From assembly GCA_963847445.1 (NCBI GenBank), contig CAWJZV010000003.1, forward strand, positions 32,001 to 96,000: DNA of 64,000 nt. Direction: 5' to 3'. The number at the start of each line of letters is the position of its first letter. Positions within the stretch are counted from its first letter, which is position 1. A program made the translations under genes and the position numbers. Origin of the DNA: an uncultured delta proteobacterium (GTDB lineage Bacteria > Desulfobacterota > Binatia > UBA9968). Shown here piece after piece: positions 1 to 11,413 of the stretch. Below the pieces are notes generated by a model. It searched no databases, was not told where the DNA came from, and saw nothing but the letters and a program-made list of their open reading frames with translations.

Positions 1-17
1 CAAGTTTTTCTTTAGGC

Positions 18-1712
18 ATGGCTTCGCGCTTGGATGTCGCTACCGTGGTGATGATCTGTGTGTCCGTGATCACCGGATACTTGGTTCTGCCGCCGCTCTA
101 CTCGGTCGTCCAAACCAGTCTGTTCACCACCAAGCTTACCGGCGAGATCGATCAGTTCACGCTGCGCTATTACGAAGATCTCTTCCGCGAGCTGCAGATC
201 ATCGGCCCGTTTCTCAATACTTTTTATTTTTCCATCGCCAGCGCGGTTTTTGCCACCTTGCTCGGCGGCTCGATCGCCTGGATCGTCGTTCGGACCGATA
301 GTCCGCTGCGCGGGTTGGGCTATTTTACCGCGTTCGCTTCCTTCGGAACGCCGTTTATTCTCTACACCATCGGTTGGTTGTTGCTGCTCGGCAAGGCCGG
401 GCCGGTCAACTACTGGCTCAAGATCCTGTTCGATCAGACTACGCCGGTGCTCAACGTTTACTCCATGTTCGGCATGGTTTTGATCGAGTCGCTGCTCTGG
501 TCGCCGTTTGTTTTTCTCATGCTCGCGGCGGCGTTCCGTTCCATGGATCCGTCCCTTGAGGAAGCGTCGGCGGCCTGCGGCGCGCGAATGTGGCAGACCA
601 TGCGGCGAATTTCCTTGCGCCTGATGCTGCCGGCGTTCTTCTCCGTCATGCTTTTGATCTTCATCCGCACCTTTGAATCCTTCGAGATTCCGGCGTTGGT
701 CGGACTCCCTGGTGACATTCGCGTGCTGACGACTTCGATCTATCTGGACGCGCAGAAACTGCCGCCGCGCTATGGCAGCGCCGGAGCGTTCTCCGTGCTA
801 CTGATGGTCGTGGTGGCGGCGACGCTGTACTTTTATTTTCGGCTCACTCGCGAAGGCGATCGCTACCAGACCGTGACGGGGAAGGGCTACCGGCCGACGT
901 TGATCAATCTGGGCCGCTGGCGCTACCTGGCGGGCGCGGCGTTGCTGGTCTATTCTTTCGTCCTGTTGGTGCTGCCGTTTCTGATTATCCTGTGGGCTTC
1001 GGTACTGCCGTACTACATGCAACCGTCGCTTGAGGGGCTGGGCAAGCTCACCATCAAGAACTACGTCACCGCCCTGCACTTCCCCAAGATCACCGATGCG
1101 ATCAAGAACAGCGTGCTGCTCGGACTCGGCAGCGCCAGCTTCGTCATGGTTCTGACTCTGCTCGCGTCGTGGTTGCTGGTGCGCACCAAGATTCGCGGCC
1201 GCTGGCTGCTCGATCTCATGACGACTTTGCCCTTGTTGTTTCCCGGTATCGTCATGGGACTGGCGATCCTGCGTTTTTATTTGTTCGTGCCGATTCCGGT
1301 GTACGGCACCTTGTGGATCCTGCTGATCGCCTTCGTCACGCGCTACATTCCTTATGGCATCCGTTACACTCACTCCGGCTTGTTGCAGTTGCACAAGGAA
1401 CTGGAGGAGGCGTCCTACGTTTCCGGCGCGTCGTGGTTTAGCTCCATGCGCCGGATTATCTTGCCGCTGATGACGCCGTCGTTTCTCGGCGGCTGGATCT
1501 TTATCTTTCTCCTGTCCGCCAAAGAGTTGTCCATGTCGGTCTTGCTCGTCAGCCCGCAAACTCCAGTGGTATCGGTGGCGATCTTTGAGCTCTGGGAAAA
1601 TGCTCAAGTCGGCGAGCTCGCCGCCTTCGGCGTGATCTGGACCGCCATCCTGGTCACCGTCGCGATCGTTTACTACGCCTTCGCCCGCCGCTATGGGATT
1701 CAACAGAACTGA
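18..1712 (+). CDS. ABC transporter permease, FbpB/Fe3+-thiamine type (two fused TM modules)
   Basis: 564 aa hydrophobic ORF with two EAA loops (SLEEASAACGA, ELEEASYVSGA). Confidence 0.9.
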   Translation: MASRLDVATVVMICVSVITGYLVLPPLYSVVQTSLFTTKLTGEIDQFTLRYYEDLFRELQIIGPFLNTFYFSIASAVFATLLGGSIAWIVVRTDSPLRGLGYFTAFASFGTPFILYTIGWLLLLGKAGPVNYWLKILFDQTTPVLNVYSMFGMVLIESLLWSPFVFLMLAAAFRSMDPSLEEASAACGARMWQTMRRISLRLMLPAFFSVMLLIFIRTFESFEIPALVGLPGDIRVLTTSIYLDAQKLPPRYGSAGAFSVLLMVVVAATLYFYFRLTREGDRYQTVTGKGYRPTLINLGRWRYLAGAALLVYSFVLLVLPFLIILWASVLPYYMQPSLEGLGKLTIKNYVTALHFPKITDAIKNSVLLGLGSASFVMVLTLLASWLLVRTKIRGRWLLDLMTTLPLLFPGIVMGLAILRFYLFVPIPVYGTLWILLIAFVTRYIPYGIRYTHSGLLQLHKELEEASYVSGASWFSSMRRIILPLMTPSFLGGWIFIFLLSAKELSMSVLLVSPQTPVVSVAIFELWENAQVGELAAFGVIWTAILVTVAIVYYAFARRYGIQQN

Positions 1713-1820
1713 CGGCGCAGTTGTCAATTACATCGGTGTCCCTCTTTTTCAGCAGTTGCCAGTGCGGGCAGATAATAGTCGATATCCTGCTGAGGTGGAT
1801 TCGAGTCGAGGCGTTGAACC

Positions 1821-2549
1821 ATGCCGATTGACGGTCAAGATCTTTATCATCTGATTCGTTCCTCGCCGCTCGAAACCGTTGACGATGTCATAGCGGTTAT
1901 GCGCGGCCTCGACAGCGAATTGGCCAATGACGATGGTCTCAAGTGGTTCAATCTGCTCTATCTAAAAGTTACTGAAGCCGTGGGCACGCAGCCGCGAACG
2001 GTTCAGTGGGAAAATGGCCAATGGTTGGAGCTGCTCGATGTCAATTTCGCCAAGCTTTATTTTGCCGCGCTATGCGATTGGCAGCGCAATCGCGACCGGG
2101 TCGCGCGCGCCTGGCTGCCCTTGTTGCAGTCGCGCGCTCGGCATGGCATCAAGCGCGTGCAATTCGCACTGGCGGGACTCAATGCCCATATCAATCACGA
2201 TTTGCCGGTTGCTCTGGTGCAGACGGGAAAGGCGTCGCGCATCGTTCTCAAGCGCGGCACGGCGGAGTTTCGCGACTTCGAAAGGGTCAATTCGATTCTC
2301 GCAACGGTGCAGGAGGATGCCAAGCGTTATATCGCCACAGGGCTTGTCGGCGTCATCGATCAAAGTCTCGGCGATCTCGATGACAACGCGGCCAACTGGA
2401 GCGTTGGCAAAGCCCGCGAAACCGCATGGTCCAATGGTGAGATTCTCTGGCGGCTGAATCGTACGCCACTGTTAAGGAATGAGTTCCTGACCAATATCGA
2501 TCGGCTTGTCAGTCTGGCGAGTCGCGGGCTGCTGGTCTCAGGGGTATGA
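1821..2549 (+). CDS. DUF5995-like hypothetical protein
   Basis: 242 aa ORF; motifs FNLLYLKVT, LDVNFAKLYF, LAGLNAHINHDLP. Confidence 0.75.
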   Translation: MPIDGQDLYHLIRSSPLETVDDVIAVMRGLDSELANDDGLKWFNLLYLKVTEAVGTQPRTVQWENGQWLELLDVNFAKLYFAALCDWQRNRDRVARAWLPLLQSRARHGIKRVQFALAGLNAHINHDLPVALVQTGKASRIVLKRGTAEFRDFERVNSILATVQEDAKRYIATGLVGVIDQSLGDLDDNAANWSVGKARETAWSNGEILWRLNRTPLLRNEFLTNIDRLVSLASRGLLVSGV

Positions 2550-2661
2550 CTTAACCAGAACCTGATTGGCGCCAGCTCGCAGGCCTCATCGGTAAACAGG
2601 TATGCGGCGCGACTGGAGCCTTGCCTTAGAGTTCGCCGGCAATCTAATAAAAATATTTCTC

Positions 2662-3899
2662 ATGTTGTTCCAGCTTATGGCGCCATCGACCGCGCCCACA
2701 ACCCGGCGGCGCCGCATGGCTGTTGTCCTCCTCTGCTGCGCCTTGGTCGGTTCGGCTGATTTTATCAACCTATGCATCGCCTCGGCCCAGACGACGCCGA
2801 CCGCCCAGTCCAGCCGGAGTGCGGGACTTTGTCGAATACTGGTCGGCGAGCCGTTTGTTGTTGAACGGCGGCAACCCTTACGCGCCGGACGAATTGCTGC
2901 AATTGCAGCGATCCGTCGGCTGGGACAGCGGCGCGGCGCTGATCATGTGGAATCCACCCTGGACCCTGGCCTTCACACTACCGTTCGGATTGCTGAGCTT
3001 TAACCTGGGTCAGTTCGCCTGGCTGTTCAGCCAACTGCTGTTTATTTTGCTATGCACTCAAGCGCTGGCGAATCTCTATGGCGGTGGGTCGACTAACTGC
3101 CGGATCGAGTGGTGCGTCGCTCTCAGTTTTGTCCCGACGGTATTTGTCCTGATCATCGGCCAAATCTCACCGATGGTTTTGGCCGGGATCAGCGGATTTC
3201 TCGTGCTTGAAAGGAAGGGGAAATCCCTCGCTGCCGGCGCGATGTTGGCAGTCGTCGCGATCAAGCCGCATCTGCTCTATCTGTTTTGGCTCGCGCTGTT
3301 TCTTGTGGATCTGCCGATACCGCCGCTGGCAGGTTCTGCTCGGCGCCGCCGTGGCATTTCTCATCGTTGCGCTGCTGCCGGTCTATTTCGACCGTCATAT
3401 TTATGGCCAGTATCTCGATCTGTATCATCTGCAAGGAATCCTCAAACCGTTCGATTGGCCGGCGCCGACATTGCGAAATATTTTTCCGCTGTTGTTCGAT
3501 CGCAGCGATCGGTGGTTGGAGAGCTTGCCGACGCTGGCTGGAATTGTTTGGCTGGGATATTACTGGCACCGGCACAAAGCCCAGTGGCAGTGGCCGGAAG
3601 CATTGCCGTCAGTCCTATTGGCTTCCGTGACGACGAGTTTCTTTGCCTGGACTTACGATCAGGTGGTTCTACTGCCGGCGCTGGTCGAAGTGACCGCGTG
3701 GATCAGACGAACCAAGCTGCCCTGGTACCGCTCCTGGGCTGTGCTCGGTTATGTTGCGATCAATGGCATGCATCTCGCCATGCGTTTTTGGTTCGCCGAG
3801 GAGTTTGTCTACTTATGGCTGGCGCCGGCATTGACCCTCTGCTATGTCGTTTATCGTTATGAAAGGCGGTGCGTCGATGTGTCACAACCGTCTAATTGA
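2662..3899 (+). CDS. GT87/DUF2029-like membrane glycosyltransferase (frameshifted in assembly)
   Basis: Stitched from ORFs 2602, 2723, 3207: DFVEYWSASRLLLNGGNPY, MWNPPW, GQIS, IKPH and WTYD motifs, many TM helices. Confidence 0.75.
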
Positions 3900-4551
3900 T
3901 CGCCTAACCCATGCGGCAATACGGGTTCTGAGATTTGCGCTTTTAGTTCTGCTGTTGCCAAGCGTCGGTTGGACCGACAGCTGGCCGGGGGCAATGCCGT
4001 TTCAAGTATTCAGCAAGTCGGCAAAGTATTTCGTTAGAGTGATCCCTGGTGATAGCATCGGCGATACGATGGGCTTCGGCCGTGCTCGCAAGGGGAAATA
4101 CGCCCAGGCGCTGTATTACGCGTTACAAGCGGACCGCTCTTACAAGTTGCTGCACGAGATCAAACTGCAGAATCCAGTGGCGCCGGTGGACCTGCTCCTT
4201 TCGGATCAAGGACAGTTTGTCACCTTCGATAACTGGTATAATCTTGGCTATGGCAAAGTAGTGGCGATCTACGCGGCCTCGGGGAAGCTGGTTCGCAGCT
4301 ACGAACTCGGCCAGCTTTATCCATCGTCACTGCAGGAGAAGATTCCCACTTCGGTTTCGTCCCGTCACTGGCGCTGCCAGCCGATCCATTTCGTCGAACC
4401 GACGGAGCAAAAGAGCGTCTATGTGCCTGAAGTCACGGGTGGATATTTTGTTTTCACTTTGGCGACGGGTAAGATGATTTACACAGGTGGTGCACGCAAG
4501 GAGTGTGTATCACCGCCGGGGCCAATGTCACAGACGATACTCGGGCAGTGA
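3877..4551 (+). CDS. Hypothetical exported protein
   Basis: Intact ORF with signal-like N-terminus (FALLVLLLPSVGWTDSW) and beta-rich body. Confidence 0.6.
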   Translation: MCHNRLIDRLTHAAIRVLRFALLVLLLPSVGWTDSWPGAMPFQVFSKSAKYFVRVIPGDSIGDTMGFGRARKGKYAQALYYALQADRSYKLLHEIKLQNPVAPVDLLLSDQGQFVTFDNWYNLGYGKVVAIYAASGKLVRSYELGQLYPSSLQEKIPTSVSSRHWRCQPIHFVEPTEQKSVYVPEVTGGYFVFTLATGKMIYTGGARKECVSPPGPMSQTILGQ

Positions 4552-4635
4552 ATTTTGCTAGTCCTTGTGCGGCGTTTCGGTTTGCAATCAAGCCGGCTGT
4601 GCGCGTAAACACATTCGATAAACAGAGGAGGTGCT

Positions 4636-5634
4636 ATGGATCGACAACAACGGCGGGAAGCCGTGTTGCTCTTAGCGTGCTTTGCGCTAGCGCTCGGGTG
4701 GCAGAGCGCCGACGCCCAGCAGATATCCCTGGCCTTTAGTTCCGTCGACTCGCCCAATGCCAATTGGTACATCGCCAAAGAGCGGCAGCTTTACAAGAAA
4801 TACGGTCTCGATGCCGAACTGATTTTCATTCCGTCATCGACAACGACGATTTCCGCGGTGGTCGCCGGTTCGGTGGACGTCGGTAATATCTCCGGCGGGG
4901 CAACTGCCAACGCCGCTGTCGGCGGCGCGGGCGTGGTCGCGGTCGGCTGCTTCATCAACACCTTGCCCTACGATCTGGTCGTGCATGAGTCGATCCGCTC
5001 GGCGCAGCAACTCAAGGGCAAGAGCATCGGCATCAGCCGCGTCGGCAGTTCCTCCGACGTGGCGGCGCGGGTGTTTCTCAAGGAGTTGAAACTCGAGCCG
5101 GACAAAGACGTGGCGATCCTGCAGGTCGGCGGTTCGACGGAAAGGGCGGCGGCTTTTCGCACCGGACGCATCATTGCTTTCCCCGCGCCGCCGGGGGTGA
5201 TTCATCTCACCCAGGGCATGCCGCACCGGATTCTCGCCAGCACGGCAGATTTTCCCAAGGGTTTTCCCTTTCCCTATGTCTGTCCGACGGCGTCGAAGAC
5301 GTTTGTCAAAAACCAGCGCGACACCATGAAGCGATTACTGATGGCGCTGATCGACGCGACGCACTTTTACAAGACGCGCAAAGAGGAAGCCAAAAAGGTC
5401 ATGGCGAAGTACACCCGCCATAGCAACGAAGCGTTTTTGGAAGCCGCCTATCTGAGCAGCGCCAAGCTTTTCGAGCAGGTGCCGCTGGTCAATCGCGACG
5501 GCATGGATGTGCAAGTCAAAGACGCCGTGTCGCGCAAACCGAGCAGCACGCTGAAAGTCGACGATCTGGTCGACGATAGTTTGGTCTTGGAGTTGGAGAA
5601 GGAAGGGTTTATCGGCCGGATCTACAAGCAGTAA
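4636..5634 (+). CDS. ABC transporter substrate-binding protein, NMT1/THI5-SsuA-like
   Basis: RBS GGAGG, signal peptide, KKYGLDAELIFI and QLKGKSIGISRVGSSS motifs. Confidence 0.85.
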   Translation: MDRQQRREAVLLLACFALALGWQSADAQQISLAFSSVDSPNANWYIAKERQLYKKYGLDAELIFIPSSTTTISAVVAGSVDVGNISGGATANAAVGGAGVVAVGCFINTLPYDLVVHESIRSAQQLKGKSIGISRVGSSSDVAARVFLKELKLEPDKDVAILQVGGSTERAAAFRTGRIIAFPAPPGVIHLTQGMPHRILASTADFPKGFPFPYVCPTASKTFVKNQRDTMKRLLMALIDATHFYKTRKEEAKKVMAKYTRHSNEAFLEAAYLSSAKLFEQVPLVNRDGMDVQVKDAVSRKPSSTLKVDDLVDDSLVLELEKEGFIGRIYKQ

Positions 5635-5712
5635 TTATTTTCGCTTGGTCCGATTCGTAGCCACGCACCGACGGTTGGAAACGGGTTGTTCGACCTTAAC
5701 GGGTAGCAGCAT

Positions 5713-6114
5713 ATGGAACAAAAGTATTTTTATGCATTGCTGATCATTCCTCTGATGCTGGCGCTACGCGTCGCGATGCACTTTCTCGATAAGCGGCGCA
5801 TCAAAGACGAAGTGGAAGACCCGGCGCGGGCGGGCGCTGTCGATTGTTTGGAATCCTTTTGGACGCGGCTGGTTTTTTGAGAAAGGCGAACGTCACTACG
5901 ATGTGACTTATGTCGATCGCCACTCGGGCGGCACGGTTACCGACCGCTTGTAAGACTAGCATGTTCACCGGGGTCTATTGGGCCGATGGCGCCGCAGGCT
6001 GCGGAAGCGCCGCCGCGCATCCTGTCGCGCCACCGCTGTGCGAAATGCGGCTACTCGATTCAGGTCGAATGGCGCGCCTGCCCGAACTGCGGCAAGGCGA
6101 CGGAGTTTGCGTGA
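5713..6114 (+). CDS. Small membrane-anchored protein with C-terminal zinc ribbon (frameshifted; not in ORF track as a unit)
   Basis: ATG 5713 MEQKYFYALLIIPLMLALRVAMHF (TM); internal WNPFGRGWFFEKGERHYDVTY; final frame RCAKCGYSIQVEWRACPNCGKATEFA-stop 6114. Confidence 0.6.
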
Positions 6115-6145
6115 GATACCTACGCTCTGTAGAGGATTTACTCGA

Positions 6146-6869
6146 TTGCAAAATTCGCTGCACGCCTTCGCCGAAGCCAGTTTATTCCGGGCCATTGCTG
6201 CTGCTCAGTGTGATTTTGGCTAGTATGGGTTGCGCGGTGAGTTCACGCCCGTCCGACGGCGACAAGGCTGACGCTGCCGCGCCAAGTGTTTCTGGTGCGT
6301 CATACGGAGCGTGAGTGGGAAGGCGAAGATCCGCCGCTGGTCGCCGCCGGTGAAGCGCGCGCCCAGGCGCTCGCCGAGACCCTGCGCGATGCCGGGCATT
6401 ACGCGGATCGTCACGACGCAGTGGCGGCGCACTCGCGATACGGCGCAGCCGCTGGCGAAGGTGCTGAAGATCACACCGCAGGTGATTCCGGTGCTGGAAG
6501 GAAAGGCGCGGGAGAATGTCGAGGAAGTGGCGGCGGCGGTGCGCCGCTACCAAGGACGAGACGGTGCTGATCGTCGGCCATATTACGGTGACCGGCGTCA
6601 TCGCTGCTCTCGGCGGACCGCGTCTGCCGACGATTTGCGACAACGTGTTTTCCGATCTGTTCTTGTTTACGCCGGCGGCTGGCGACGCGGGTTTGTTGCA
6701 TCTGCATTACGGCGCGGCAGAGGATATTTCGCCGCGCTGCCGGATTAGCCGGCCGGTGCGATTGAGATCGGTGACCTCACGCGAAGAAATACCCTGTCTG
6801 CGAATAATTTACGTAATCGGCGCGGTTTCGATTTCCGCTGCGGGCGTCGCTCGCGTTTGCCAGCGATAA
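6146..6869 (+). CDS. Histidine phosphatase (SixA/PGM-like) lipoprotein, frameshifted; ends uncertain
   Basis: Lipobox-like LASMGC, VFLVRHTE (RHxE), GEARAQALA, RTRDTAQPLA, VLIVGH across three frames. Confidence 0.7.
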
Positions 6870-8171
6870 ACTATCAGTCCGACCGCGATGCCGCCCAAGC
6901 CGAGGTATTTTGTCGCTGGGTTCGATAGCGCGATGCTGAGCAAGCACAAGCGACTATCGGTGGAATGCAGAGGGCGATCACGCCGCTGAAGTGCCACAGG
7001 GGATTCGATACGGTCGCGCCATCTCCGGCCGCTTGATTCGCAGCCAGACTAAGAGCGGCGAATTCCAAGAGCAACGCGGCGGCGTAGAGAAACATGTCGA
7101 CTTCGATCAGTTCCTGAAATGAAAACGGGATTAGCAAGGCAACGCCGGCGCTGTTGATGAGAATTGCGCGCCATGGCGTGTCGTAGTCGCGGATGAGTTG
7201 CCGCCAACGCGCGTGGCAACATGGTTCGCCGCGCCATGGCGTAGGGGACGCGCGCCGAGGTGCAGAGCAGGGCGCTGAACATGCCCGCTGCGCTGATCAA
7301 CGCCGCGGCGGTGAGCCAGATACCCAGCCATGAGCCGCCGATCTGCGCGGCGATCTTGGGCAGATAGCCTTCCTTCCACTGCGGCCAATCGGAGTCGACT
7401 CCCGTGCCCACAGCCAGTGGGAGCAAGTAGGCTGCGGTGACCAAGATTAACGGTAAGCATCATCGCGCGCGGGTAGACGCGATTGGGCGCGTCGACCGCG
7501 CCGGCGCAGCAGCCGGCGTTGTCCCAGCCCGAGGTGTTCCATAAGAGGATGCTGATTAAAAGCGGCCAGTCGGTGGTCGCGGTGCGCTGCAGCCAGTTGG
7601 CCGGCGACACTTGCGGCAGGCCGACAACCAGCATGACGGCGAAGGGCGCGAGCACAAGCGCGGTGAAGACGATGGAACTCAGGCCGACCAGGCGCGTGCC
7701 GCGAATGTTGAGCCAGGTGATGATGCTGATGAGCGCAGCGGCGATCAGCCAGCGCTCCAACGGCTCCATGTCGCCGCGCAAGTAGGCGAGATAGTCGACG
7801 AACATCACCGGATAGAGCGCGTTGTCGGCGAAGCTGCACAGCCAGCTCAGCCAGCCTTCCTGAAAGCCCCAGAATCTGCCGAAGGCTTTTTCCACCCAGA
7901 CGACGTAACCGCCGTCCTCCGGCATGGCGGTCGACAACTCCGCGGTCATCAGCGCCGTCGGCAAACTCCAGAGCCAGGGGAGTATGACAATGCCCAAAAG
8001 CACCACGAGCGGGCCGGCGGCGCCGACACCGTCTTCCAGACCATAGGCGCCGCCGGCGACGCAGAAAAAAGTCAGGCCGACGAGGCCGGGAAGGTTCAAG
8101 CCGCGCCGGGATTCACCGCGCGGTGGCGCGTAAGATGCGGAGCCTGGCGATGTCATGTTGCCGCGCAGCAT
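6809..8171 (-). CDS. APC-family amino acid/polyamine permease (frameshifted)
   Basis: FFCVAGGAYGLE, AELSTAMPEDGGYVVWV, SARVPYAMAR motifs across ORFs 7131, 7049, 6874, 6809. Confidence 0.85.
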
Positions 8172-8285
8172 GAGCGAGCGAGGTTTCGTCTTGTCAACGA
8201 ACCGGCGTCATTGCTTTGTCGGCGCCGGTCAAAGCTGATATCTTCGATTTAACTGTAAATTTCCATTCCCTTCGGTTTTCCATTT

Positions 8286-9659
8286 ATGGCTAAAAGCCGC
8301 GCCACGCCTAAAGCCAAGCGATCGATTCGGCAGATGAAGAGCGATGTATTCGAGCAGGTGCTGGAATCCGAGCTCGATGAGCTGACGCGAGTCAAGCGTT
8401 GGTGCCACGCTGCCCTCAAGATCGCGGTGATGGTGTGGCAGGATTTTTTTGACAACCTGGTGAAACTCCAGGCGATGGCGCTGGCGTTCAAGACGCTGTT
8501 GTCGCTGGCGCCGCTCCTGGCGGTGCTATTTTCGATCCTCAAAGCCTTTGGCGTGCACAATCGCATGGAGCCGGCGATGGCCGAGGCGCTCGCGCCGCTG
8601 GGCGACAAGGGCCGAGAGATTACCGCGTATCTGATCGGTTTTGTCGATAAGATGAGCGCCGGCGCTCTGGGCGCGGTGGGCTTGGTGACGTTGTTCCTTA
8701 CCGTGTTGTCCTTGATGCATAGTATCGAAGAAGCGTTCAACCGAATCTGGCGGGTGCCCGCGTCGCGGACAGTGGCACGGAAGTTCAGCGATTACTTGAG
8801 CGCGATTCTCGTCGGGCCGGTGCTGGTGTTCGCCGCGGTGACCATCACCGCGACCTTGCAAAGCAGCAACGTCGTGCGCGCGCTCTTGTCCTCCGACGCA
8901 CTCGGCAAGGGGATTCTTACGCTCTTGCAGCTGGTGCCCTATCTGACGCTGTGGGGCGCGTTCACCTTCGTTTATGTGTTTATTCCCAACACCCGGGTAA
9001 GGATTCGATCCGCCGTGGTCGGCGGCCTGATCGCGGCGATCCTCTGGCAGAGCGTCGGCTGGGGCTTCGCCAAGTTCGTCGCGTCGTCGACGCAGTACTA
9101 CGCGATCTATTCGAGCTTCGCGATTTTATTGCTCTTCCTCATCTGGCTGCACATCGGTTGGGTGATTGTCCTGCTCGGCGCCCAGGTGGCTTACGCGCAC
9201 CAGCATAGGTATTTTTTCCAAGGCGATCGCCAGTTGTTGGCCCAGAGCCCGGCGGGGCGCGAGAAGCTGGCGCTGCAGACCCTTCACCTCGTCGGCCGCA
9301 ATTTTTACTATGGTTTGGATCCTATGAACGTCACCGATTTGGCGAACCATTTAAGGATACCCGCAGGAGTCGTCAAAGAGTTTTTGGAACTGTTCGTCGA
9401 ATCCAGGCTGGTGTTAGCGGTGAACGATGGCGAGAGCTACGTTGTCGGCCGCGATCCGGAAACCATCGCCATCAAAGAGATTCTCGATTGCGTTAAAAAT
9501 TCCGGCAAGAAAGCGAAGGTGCCGGAAGATCGCAGCCCGGAAGAAGACGAGATCGACGATCTCCTCGCTGCGATTGATCTCTCCACGACTAAAGCTTTGG
9601 AGGGGAAGAGTCTGCAGAGTTTGATTCTGAGCTTGCCGCCGCCGGAAGCGCAGGAATGA
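8286..9659 (+). CDS. YihY/BrkB-family membrane protein with C-terminal Rrf2-like winged helix
   Basis: ALAFKTLLSLAPLL, IEEAFNRIW, YAIYSSFA; C-terminal RDPETIAIKEILD. Confidence 0.85.
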   Translation: MAKSRATPKAKRSIRQMKSDVFEQVLESELDELTRVKRWCHAALKIAVMVWQDFFDNLVKLQAMALAFKTLLSLAPLLAVLFSILKAFGVHNRMEPAMAEALAPLGDKGREITAYLIGFVDKMSAGALGAVGLVTLFLTVLSLMHSIEEAFNRIWRVPASRTVARKFSDYLSAILVGPVLVFAAVTITATLQSSNVVRALLSSDALGKGILTLLQLVPYLTLWGAFTFVYVFIPNTRVRIRSAVVGGLIAAILWQSVGWGFAKFVASSTQYYAIYSSFAILLLFLIWLHIGWVIVLLGAQVAYAHQHRYFFQGDRQLLAQSPAGREKLALQTLHLVGRNFYYGLDPMNVTDLANHLRIPAGVVKEFLELFVESRLVLAVNDGESYVVGRDPETIAIKEILDCVKNSGKKAKVPEDRSPEEDEIDDLLAAIDLSTTKALEGKSLQSLILSLPPPEAQE

Positions 9660-9716
9660 CGGTATTGCATGCGTGCCGGTGTCGCGGGGTTAGGTTAGGG
9701 CTCTTGATCCACCCAG

Positions 9717-11309
9717 CTATCGGGCACGAAAAAGATTCTTGAAAAATGACGAGAAGCCTTTCTCGAGAGTTTTCGGCAGACCGGATTCGCTGAGTTTCGC
9801 GGTGTTCAGATTCACCGACGGGTTTTCCACTGGGCCGGTGACTTTGAGCGGAACGACGACGCGGCCTTGGCGGTCTTTCAAGAAGCTCACGCTGCGGCCG
9901 CGCCCGGTGTGCGCTGAGGCTTGGGGCGACAGAGTGGTGTTAAGCAGGATGTCGAGCGCCGGTTTTTCCAGAGTCATGGTGCCGTTGCCGGTGACTTCCA
10001 TCTGCGGATTGACCAGATAGAGCCGCGAGAAATCGGCGACGCCGGCACCGATGGTGAAGTCGCCCTCCATGGTTTTGAAAGTCGTCGCTTCGCGCTGCTG
10101 GTCCGGCGTCAAACCGATCATGCCGGTGACCCGGTGAATTTTTTTGAGCAGGTTGACATTCGTGAGCTCGCCGTCGCGGGCGACCAGTTTGCCGTTGCCT
10201 TGCAAGCGCTGACTCACCCGGCCGCCGCCGAGCGGTAGGCGGAGATTGACCTCGCCGGTCAAGTTGCCCTTCAAAGCGCGCTTGCCTTTGACGTAAACGT
10301 CTTTGAAAACGCCGCGTATCTCGGTGACCAGCGCGTTCGACGGTCCGGCAACTGTCACGTTCAGCGCCATGGGCCCGGAGATTTCCGTGTCGCCGGGTGC
10401 GAGGCCGAAGACCGACAGGATCTGGAAAATCGGCTTGGCGTCGACGTCGTCGCTATTCAAGGTCAGATTAACTTTCGGCGTCGTCCCCAGGTTGCTTACG
10501 CTGCCCTGAAGCGGAAGTGTCAGATCGTAGATCTTCAAGCGGTTATTGTTGAGCTCCAGCAGCGCCTTTTCTTCCTGGTAATTCAACTGGCCTTCGAGCA
10601 CGACGGCTTTGAGTCCGGGATAGTCGAACGAGGCGCGAAACGGAAACGGCGAGTCGGCGGACATTTCTTGCAGCGACAACTCGATGCCCTTGATATTGAC
10701 CGGGGTTTGGCCTTTGGTGACCAGATTCATCTGACCGTCGCGGATGCTCATGCGGCTGGGCAGTGCCAGCGGCATGGCTTCGACCTTTTTGCCGCCGTCA
10801 GTTTTTTTCCTGACCTCACGGCGCGGTGCCGCCGGAGTTTTTTTACCGGCGATATCGGAGTAATTGAAACTGCCGTCCGCTTGCTTCAACAAATTAAAAA
10901 TCGGCTTGTCGAGCACCAGCTCGGTGACTTCGAAGCGGCCGCGCAGCAAGGGTACGAACTTCAGTTTGAGCTGTACCTGATGGGCGGCGAAGAAAGTGTT
11001 ATCGGCGTAGGACTGGCTGTCGGAGACGCGCAGCTTGGAAATTTGGATCGAAGGCGTCGGCACCAGGCGCAAGTGCACTTCGCCGACATCGATGCGCCGG
11101 CCGAGAGTGTCTTCGACGAGCGGCAGATAGGTTGCCTTAAACCGACCCAGGTCGATAAAGTGGGGCACGATGAGCAGGAGGGCGAGCAGCGCGGCAAATG
11201 CACCGCCGCCAATGAGCAGGCCTTTTTTAAACTTATTGATACCGCTAGCGAGAGCGAGTGCCGGTGTGATTGCCGTGTCTGACATGATTGGCTGCCTATC
11301 GATAACCAT
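9717..11309 (-). CDS. AsmA-family protein
   Basis: N-terminal TM, TLGRRIDVGEV, PLLRGRFEVTELVLDKP, C-terminal VPLKVTGPVENP. Confidence 0.85.
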   Translation of the reverse strand: MVIDRQPIMSDTAITPALALASGINKFKKGLLIGGGAFAALLALLLIVPHFIDLGRFKATYLPLVEDTLGRRIDVGEVHLRLVPTPSIQISKLRVSDSQSYADNTFFAAHQVQLKLKFVPLLRGRFEVTELVLDKPIFNLLKQADGSFNYSDIAGKKTPAAPRREVRKKTDGGKKVEAMPLALPSRMSIRDGQMNLVTKGQTPVNIKGIELSLQEMSADSPFPFRASFDYPGLKAVVLEGQLNYQEEKALLELNNNRLKIYDLTLPLQGSVSNLGTTPKVNLTLNSDDVDAKPIFQILSVFGLAPGDTEISGPMALNVTVAGPSNALVTEIRGVFKDVYVKGKRALKGNLTGEVNLRLPLGGGRVSQRLQGNGKLVARDGELTNVNLLKKIHRVTGMIGLTPDQQREATTFKTMEGDFTIGAGVADFSRLYLVNPQMEVTGNGTMTLEKPALDILLNTTLSPQASAHTGRGRSVSFLKDRQGRVVVPLKVTGPVENPSVNLNTAKLSESGLPKTLEKGFSSFFKNLFRAR

Positions 11310-11413
11310 TATACGTCAATAGCCGGCTAATCCAAATAATTAGATTGCGCCAGGCGGCTAGCCAGGCAAACAACTATTTGTTAGCATGCGGTCCCTGAAG
11401 GATTCACAACTGC

